A stretch of DNA of 64,000 nucleotides from Gemmatimonadota bacterium (lineage in GTDB: Bacteria; Gemmatimonadota; Gemmatimonadetes; Gemmatimonadales; GWC2-71-9): assembly GCA_003220935.1 (NCBI GenBank), contig QHTT01000068.1, positions 24,500-88,499 on the forward strand, given 5' to 3'. Shown here piece after piece: positions 60,737 to 64,000 of this stretch. The notes below the pieces were generated by a model that saw only the letters and a program-made list of their open reading frames with translations, made no database searches and had not been told where the DNA came from. Within the stretch, counting starts at the first letter, position 1. The number at the start of each line of letters is the position of its first letter. A program made the position numbers and the translations under genes.

Positions 60737-61473
60737 GGCTGCTGACGACGATCCGCCACCACACGCAATCCTGCCGCACCAAGATACTCTCGGGCGAATT
60801 GGTCGTTGTTGCACGCCTCCTGCGGCGTCCCGAGGAAGTGCGTCGTGCCGGCGGTCTGCCACACGAGCTCGTCGGCCAACTCGAGCAACCTTGGTACCTC
60901 ATGCCCGCTGACGACCACCGCGGTCCCCCGGCCAGCGAGGTCACGCAAAGACTGGGAGACCAGCTCGGCGTCGGCCGGCGCGATGCCCAGAAGGGGTTCG
61001 TCGGCGAGGAGGCAGTCGGGGCGGCGCATCACCGCTACGGCAATCTCGGCCCGGCGGCGCTCGCCCGTCGACAGTGTGGAGGACTTGCGGGCGAGCAGGG
61101 TCTCGAGGCGTAGTCGACTCACCACCTGATCGAGCGCGGCCTGGGAGAACCGCTGTTGGACCGCCAGCAGGTGGTCACCCAGCGTAACGGTGGGGCAGAG
61201 TAAAGAACGCTCGGGAAGGTAGCACAGTCCCCGCGAGGCGAGATGAGGCAGGCGAGGCCTCGTCAACCGTTCGTCTTTGAAGATCACAACCCCGTAGTCG
61301 GCCCTCATCCAGCCAGCCGCGATCTTGAGCAGCGTAGATTTTCCGGCCCCGTTTCTTCCCAGCAACGCCGTGATGCGGCCAGGCGTCGCCCACAGCGTCG
61401 CCGACGAGAGCACTGGCCGTTGCCGGAAGCGCTTGCCGATGGCCTCGGCACGGAGGATGGGGCGGGCGATCAC
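60730..61473 (-). CDS. ABC transporter ATP-binding protein (LptB/LivF-like), no canonical permease partner nearby
   Basis: GTG 61473 overlaps the upstream stop (GTGA). Walker A GRNGAGKST, signature LSTGERRR, Walker B CLLADEP, H-loop SGHEV. The track ORF's N-terminal extension is Arg/Pro-rich junk. Confidence 0.85.
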   Translation of the reverse strand: MIARPILRAEAIGKRFRQRPVLSSATLWATPGRITALLGRNGAGKSTLLKIAAGWMRADYGVVIFKDERLTRPRLPHLASRGLCYLPERSLLCPTVTLGDHLLAVQQRFSQAALDQVVSRLRLETLLARKSSTLSTGERRRAEIAVAVMRRPDCLLADEPLLGIAPADAELVSQSLRDLAGRGTAVVVSGHEVPRLLELADELVWQTAGTTHFLGTPQEACNNDQFAREYLGAAGLRVVADRRQQPC

Positions 61474-61775
61474 GCGAGGAAGCGAATGGTGAGTTCGCAG
61501 CTCAGGGGCGGCACCGCCGCGGCGAGGGCGAGCACCCAGACGGGAATGCCAAGATTGGCCAGGAAGACGTGCTCGCTGAGGCGCCTGCCGTCCCAGGTAG
61601 TGAGGCCTACAGTGAGCGCGACGACCAAGCCGGCGGCCGGAAGCGCGGGAACTGTGAGCCCGAAGAGCAGAAAGGCTGCGCCCCGGACCCCGAGCCACAC
61701 CAGGATAGAGCGGACGAGAATCTGTCGCAGGAACGGGACGGGGATCGATGGGAGGGGAGGCAATCTCGCTGGCAC
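61470..61775 (-). CDS. small (101 aa) three-TM membrane protein
   Basis: GTG start preceded by AAGGAAG. GC-rich third positions. Hydrophobic helices (ILVRSILVWLGV.., LVVALTVGLTTW, IPVWVLALAAAV). Confidence 0.6.
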   Translation of the reverse strand: MPARLPPLPSIPVPFLRQILVRSILVWLGVRGAAFLLFGLTVPALPAAGLVVALTVGLTTWDGRRLSEHVFLANLGIPVWVLALAAAVPPLSCELTIRFLA

Positions 61776-61852
61776 CGCCGCTTCCTTTGCAGGGGAGCCT
61801 CAAATCGACAACTCGGATGATCGTGCCGCCAGGCCTCGCTTGACAGGCAGGC

Positions 61853-63088
61853 GTGTTCTGGGTGTCGCGCCTCGGTCCCGACGCCGTCGCCACCGTCGGC
61901 CTGACGGAATCGATGCTGACCTTGGTCTATACGGCGGCGATGGGCCTCTCGATCGGGGTGGCGGCGGTCGTCGCGCGCCGCATCGGGGAACGGCCGGACG
62001 CGGCGGCCGAGGCCGCTGTGCAGGGAATCGCCCTGGGACTCGGCGTCGCCGCAGTCGCCGCCTGCCTGGGGATCACGCTCGCGCCACGCCTCCTCGCCGT
62101 CATGGGGGCCTCGCCCGCCGTCACCGCCATCGGCTCGGGTTACACCCGGATGATGCTGGGCGGCAGTGCGACGGTGCTGCTGCTGTTCCTCATCAACGCG
62201 ATCTTCCGCGGCGCGGGCGACGCCGCCATCGCGATGCGGGTCCTCTGGTTCGCTAACGCGATCAACATCGTGCTAGGTCCCTGCTTCATCTTCGGCATCG
62301 GTCCCTTCCCGAGGCTCGGCGTCACCCGCGCGGCGGTTGCCACCACCATCGGCCGCGGCACGGGCGTCCTGTACCAGCTGTATCGGCTCACACGAGGCGA
62401 CGCGCGCGTGGCGGTCCGCCGCATCCATTTGGCACTCCGGCCAGCGATCATGGCCCACCTGTTACGTCTGTCCGGGTCGGGGACGTTCCAGGTGCTGGTG
62501 GGGACCGCGAGCTACGTCGGGCTGGTGCGCATCATGTCCAGCTTCGGGAGCCAGGTCCTCGCGGGCTACACGATCGCGATCCGCATTCTGATCTTCGCCA
62601 TGCTGCCCTCGTGGGGCCTCGCGAACGCCGCCGCGACCATGGTGGGCCAGTCGCTCGGCGCCCGGGACCCCGAGCGCGCCGAGCGTGCCGCGTGGCTCGC
62701 CAGTCGCTACAACATGGTGGTGCTCGGTGCGGTGGGCTTGGTGTTCATCGTCTTCGCCGGTCCGATCGTCGGCTTGTTTACGCCCGACCCGGTCGCTCTA
62801 CCCACGGGGGCCGTAGGGCTGCGCACCATGAGTTTTGGCTTCGTGTTGTACGCGCTGGGGTTCGTGCTCACCCAGGCATTCAACGGTGCGGGCGACACCT
62901 GGACGCCCACGTGGATCAACCTGGCGTGCTTCTGGCTGTGGGAAATCCCGCTCGCTTACGTGCTCGCCCGGGTGTGGGACTTCGGGCCCGAAGGGGTGTT
63001 CGTCGCAATCACGGTCGGGTATTCGACGCTGGCGCTCGTGAGCGTCGTGCTGTTCCGGCAGGGGCGCTGGAAACTGCGCCGGGTCTGA
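61853..63088 (+). CDS. MATE family efflux transporter, apparently 5'-truncated
   Basis: Starts (GTG) at ..FWVSRLGPDAVATVGL.., which in MATE proteins follows TM1. An in-frame TGA lies 12 nt upstream. The rest is colinear with a 12-TM MATE pump. Confidence 0.75.
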   Translation: MFWVSRLGPDAVATVGLTESMLTLVYTAAMGLSIGVAAVVARRIGERPDAAAEAAVQGIALGLGVAAVAACLGITLAPRLLAVMGASPAVTAIGSGYTRMMLGGSATVLLLFLINAIFRGAGDAAIAMRVLWFANAINIVLGPCFIFGIGPFPRLGVTRAAVATTIGRGTGVLYQLYRLTRGDARVAVRRIHLALRPAIMAHLLRLSGSGTFQVLVGTASYVGLVRIMSSFGSQVLAGYTIAIRILIFAMLPSWGLANAAATMVGQSLGARDPERAERAAWLASRYNMVVLGAVGLVFIVFAGPIVGLFTPDPVALPTGAVGLRTMSFGFVLYALGFVLTQAFNGAGDTWTPTWINLACFWLWEIPLAYVLARVWDFGPEGVFVAITVGYSTLALVSVVLFRQGRWKLRRV

Positions 63089-63098
63089 ACGCTCTGCA

Positions 63099-63169
63099 TT
63101 GGCCCCGGTGGACTCGAACCACCATTCCCAGATCCAAAGTCTGGTGTCCTGCCGTTGGACGAGGGGCCA
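63099..63169 (-). tRNA. tRNA-Gln (anticodon UUG)
   Basis: Minus strand: TGGCCCC-TC-GTCC-AACGGCA-GGAC-A-CCAGA-CTTTGGA-TCTGG-GAAT-GGTGG-TTCGAGT-CCACC-GGGGCCA-A. Full cloverleaf with a U1:A72 pair and TTCGAGT T-loop. No encoded CCA. Confidence 0.9.
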
Positions 63170-63252
63170 GCGATGTTGCCGGCCCTCAACTTAGGGAGGG
63201 CGAGGACTCCGTGGAAGGCTCTGACTTTGCCACTCGGGCTGCCGAGGTCAAT

Positions 63253-63670
63253 CTACCGGCGGCCGTCCCGTTGGGGGCGTCCACTGGCAACGTACTGTCC
63301 GTCATACTCGGCGACAATCTTCCCATGCTTCACCTCGTAGACCTCGAGTTTTTCGAAGCTTTGATCCCCGTGAGGCGGATCGAATAGCACGGCGATGTGA
63401 TATACCACGAACCGGCCGACGACCATGCGCTGCCACACCTTCCGGGATCGACGGGGGGGAGCATCGAAGCGCTGGTCGGTGACAAAGGCCTGCCACGATC
63501 GAGCGCGCTCCTCGACCGACATGGCCACCGGCCGATTGGGATCTCCTGGGGGAGGCACCATGAGATCCTGGAAGTAGTAGACCGAATCGTACCAGGGTAC
63601 TCCGGGTGGTCACATCGCCGCGGTTGAAGGCGTCGAGCGCCCGTTCGACCACGGACCGGCAAGGTGTCAA
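63253..63670 (-). pseudogene. NTF2/SnoaL-like protein gene interrupted by a frameshift
   Basis: One frame reads ..SVVERALDAFNRGDVTT (from TTG 63670). It continues in another frame as VPWYDSVYYFQDLMVPPPGDPNRP..EVYEVKHGKIVAEYDGQY (track ORF 63253..63561). An in-frame TGA lies just upstream of the second part. Confidence 0.5.
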
Positions 63671-63905
63671 CCGACGCTTGCGCGCCACTGGGCTGGCCGC
63701 TCCCCAAAGTGTGCAATCCATATCGGCGTTGACCGGTGGCGTCGCCGCGAGGCTGAGTCCGCGTTGTTGCGGGGCCACCACAGTTGCGTGGACCGAGTTG
63801 GCGTTGTACGGTAGTGCCGAACGCCACCCGAGGAGGTGGGGCCGTGAATCAACACGACGGCCACAAGCGGAGCGATGCTCTCACTTGCCTCGGCGAGTGA
63901 GCGCC

Positions 63906-63941
63906 AAGCCCCCGAGGGACGCTAGGGCCTCTCGGGGGCTT
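63906..63941 (+). terminator. perfect 11-bp hairpin, terminator-like
   Basis: AAGCCCCCGAG (63906-63916), 14-nt loop, CTCGGGGGCTT (63931-63941), followed by GCTTGTCT. It lies between a plus-strand mini-ORF and a convergent minus-strand ORF end at 63961. Confidence 0.4.
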
Positions 63942-64000
63942 GCTTGTCTGGCCGGGCGGCTCACGGCCGGAGCTCCACCCCCTGCGTCTGACCGTGCTTC

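Noticed and set aside
61770-61790. TGGCAC...TTGCA resembling a sigma54 -24/-12 promoter upstream of the MATE gene
   Set aside because: The spacing is about 6 nt too long for the GG-N10-GC geometry. Other TGGCAC hits (for example near 12560, 21295, 45497) lack a TTGC element.
63170-63252. tRNA-Gln flank as an integration site of a genomic island
   Set aside because: There is no duplicated tRNA 3' segment, integrase or foreign-looking gene set within the remaining 0.9 kb. This cannot be judged without sequence beyond the window.
63961-64000. Minus-strand reading frame ending ..KHGQTQGVELRP* at the window edge
   Set aside because: Only 13 codons are visible, which is too little to call a gene or a product.

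Overview
This is a very GC-rich segment (about two-thirds to 70% G+C by eye, not computed) that looks like ordinary chromosomal core genome. It holds about 62 tightly packed protein genes and one tRNA-Gln(UUG). Many neighbouring genes overlap by 1-8 nt (ATGA/GTGA type), so most of the window is organised as long operons.

Taxonomy is inference only. A short Bacteroidetes-type SigA, a GldA/F/G-like ABC system, a FlgD-Ig/T9SS-type C-terminal sorting domain and a PD40-Omp85 fusion, combined with high GC, suggest an FCB-group bacterium such as Gemmatimonadota.

Recognisable content:
- Regulation and signalling: NtrC-type sigma54 activator, short RpoD/SigA-like sigma factor, YajQ, an HD-GYP / CsgG-like / MBL / Crp string.
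- Translation and ribosome: rpmE-prfA-prmC-ylbF-tmk-ctp operon, rsfS, rpsF-rpsR-DUF2232-rplI, ychF-pth-rplY-prs.
- Metabolism and envelope: aldehyde dehydrogenase, lepB, rimO, hemL, SpoIID-like protein, lnt, hyuA/hyuB, lolA, DAHP synthase, S8 peptidase, smc followed by two SPOR genes, a 1065-aa HExxH-PD40-Omp85 protein.
- Other: GldA/F/G-like ABC plus DUF4340, DUF1111 di-haem protein, M28 peptidase, SGNH hydrolase, OM barrel, an operon of unknowns, a MATE pump.

I found no CRISPR array, transposase, integrase, prophage or recognisable defence system.

Most noteworthy observations:
1. Four GTGA-N6-TCAC (CRP-type) palindromes sit in the small intergenic fraction. One lies directly beside a Crp/Fnr gene whose recognition helix keeps the CRP R-E-x-x-x-R residues.
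2. smc is translationally coupled to two SPOR-domain genes. One of them carries a degenerate BY-kinase/MinD-like fold.
3. pth has no canonical start codon. It lies in the same frame as rplY, separated only by TGA-TTC.
4. Several conserved genes look damaged relative to their families: short internal deletions in the sigma factor, Lnt and DAHP synthase; a deletion plus frameshift in hyuA; a 5'-truncated MATE gene; a frameshifted NTF2-like gene. These are either draft-assembly artefacts or real gene decay and need read-level checks.
5. A 5-gene overlapping operon of unknown function lies at 59286-61775.

All homology statements rest on motifs I recognise in the translations. No database search was run.
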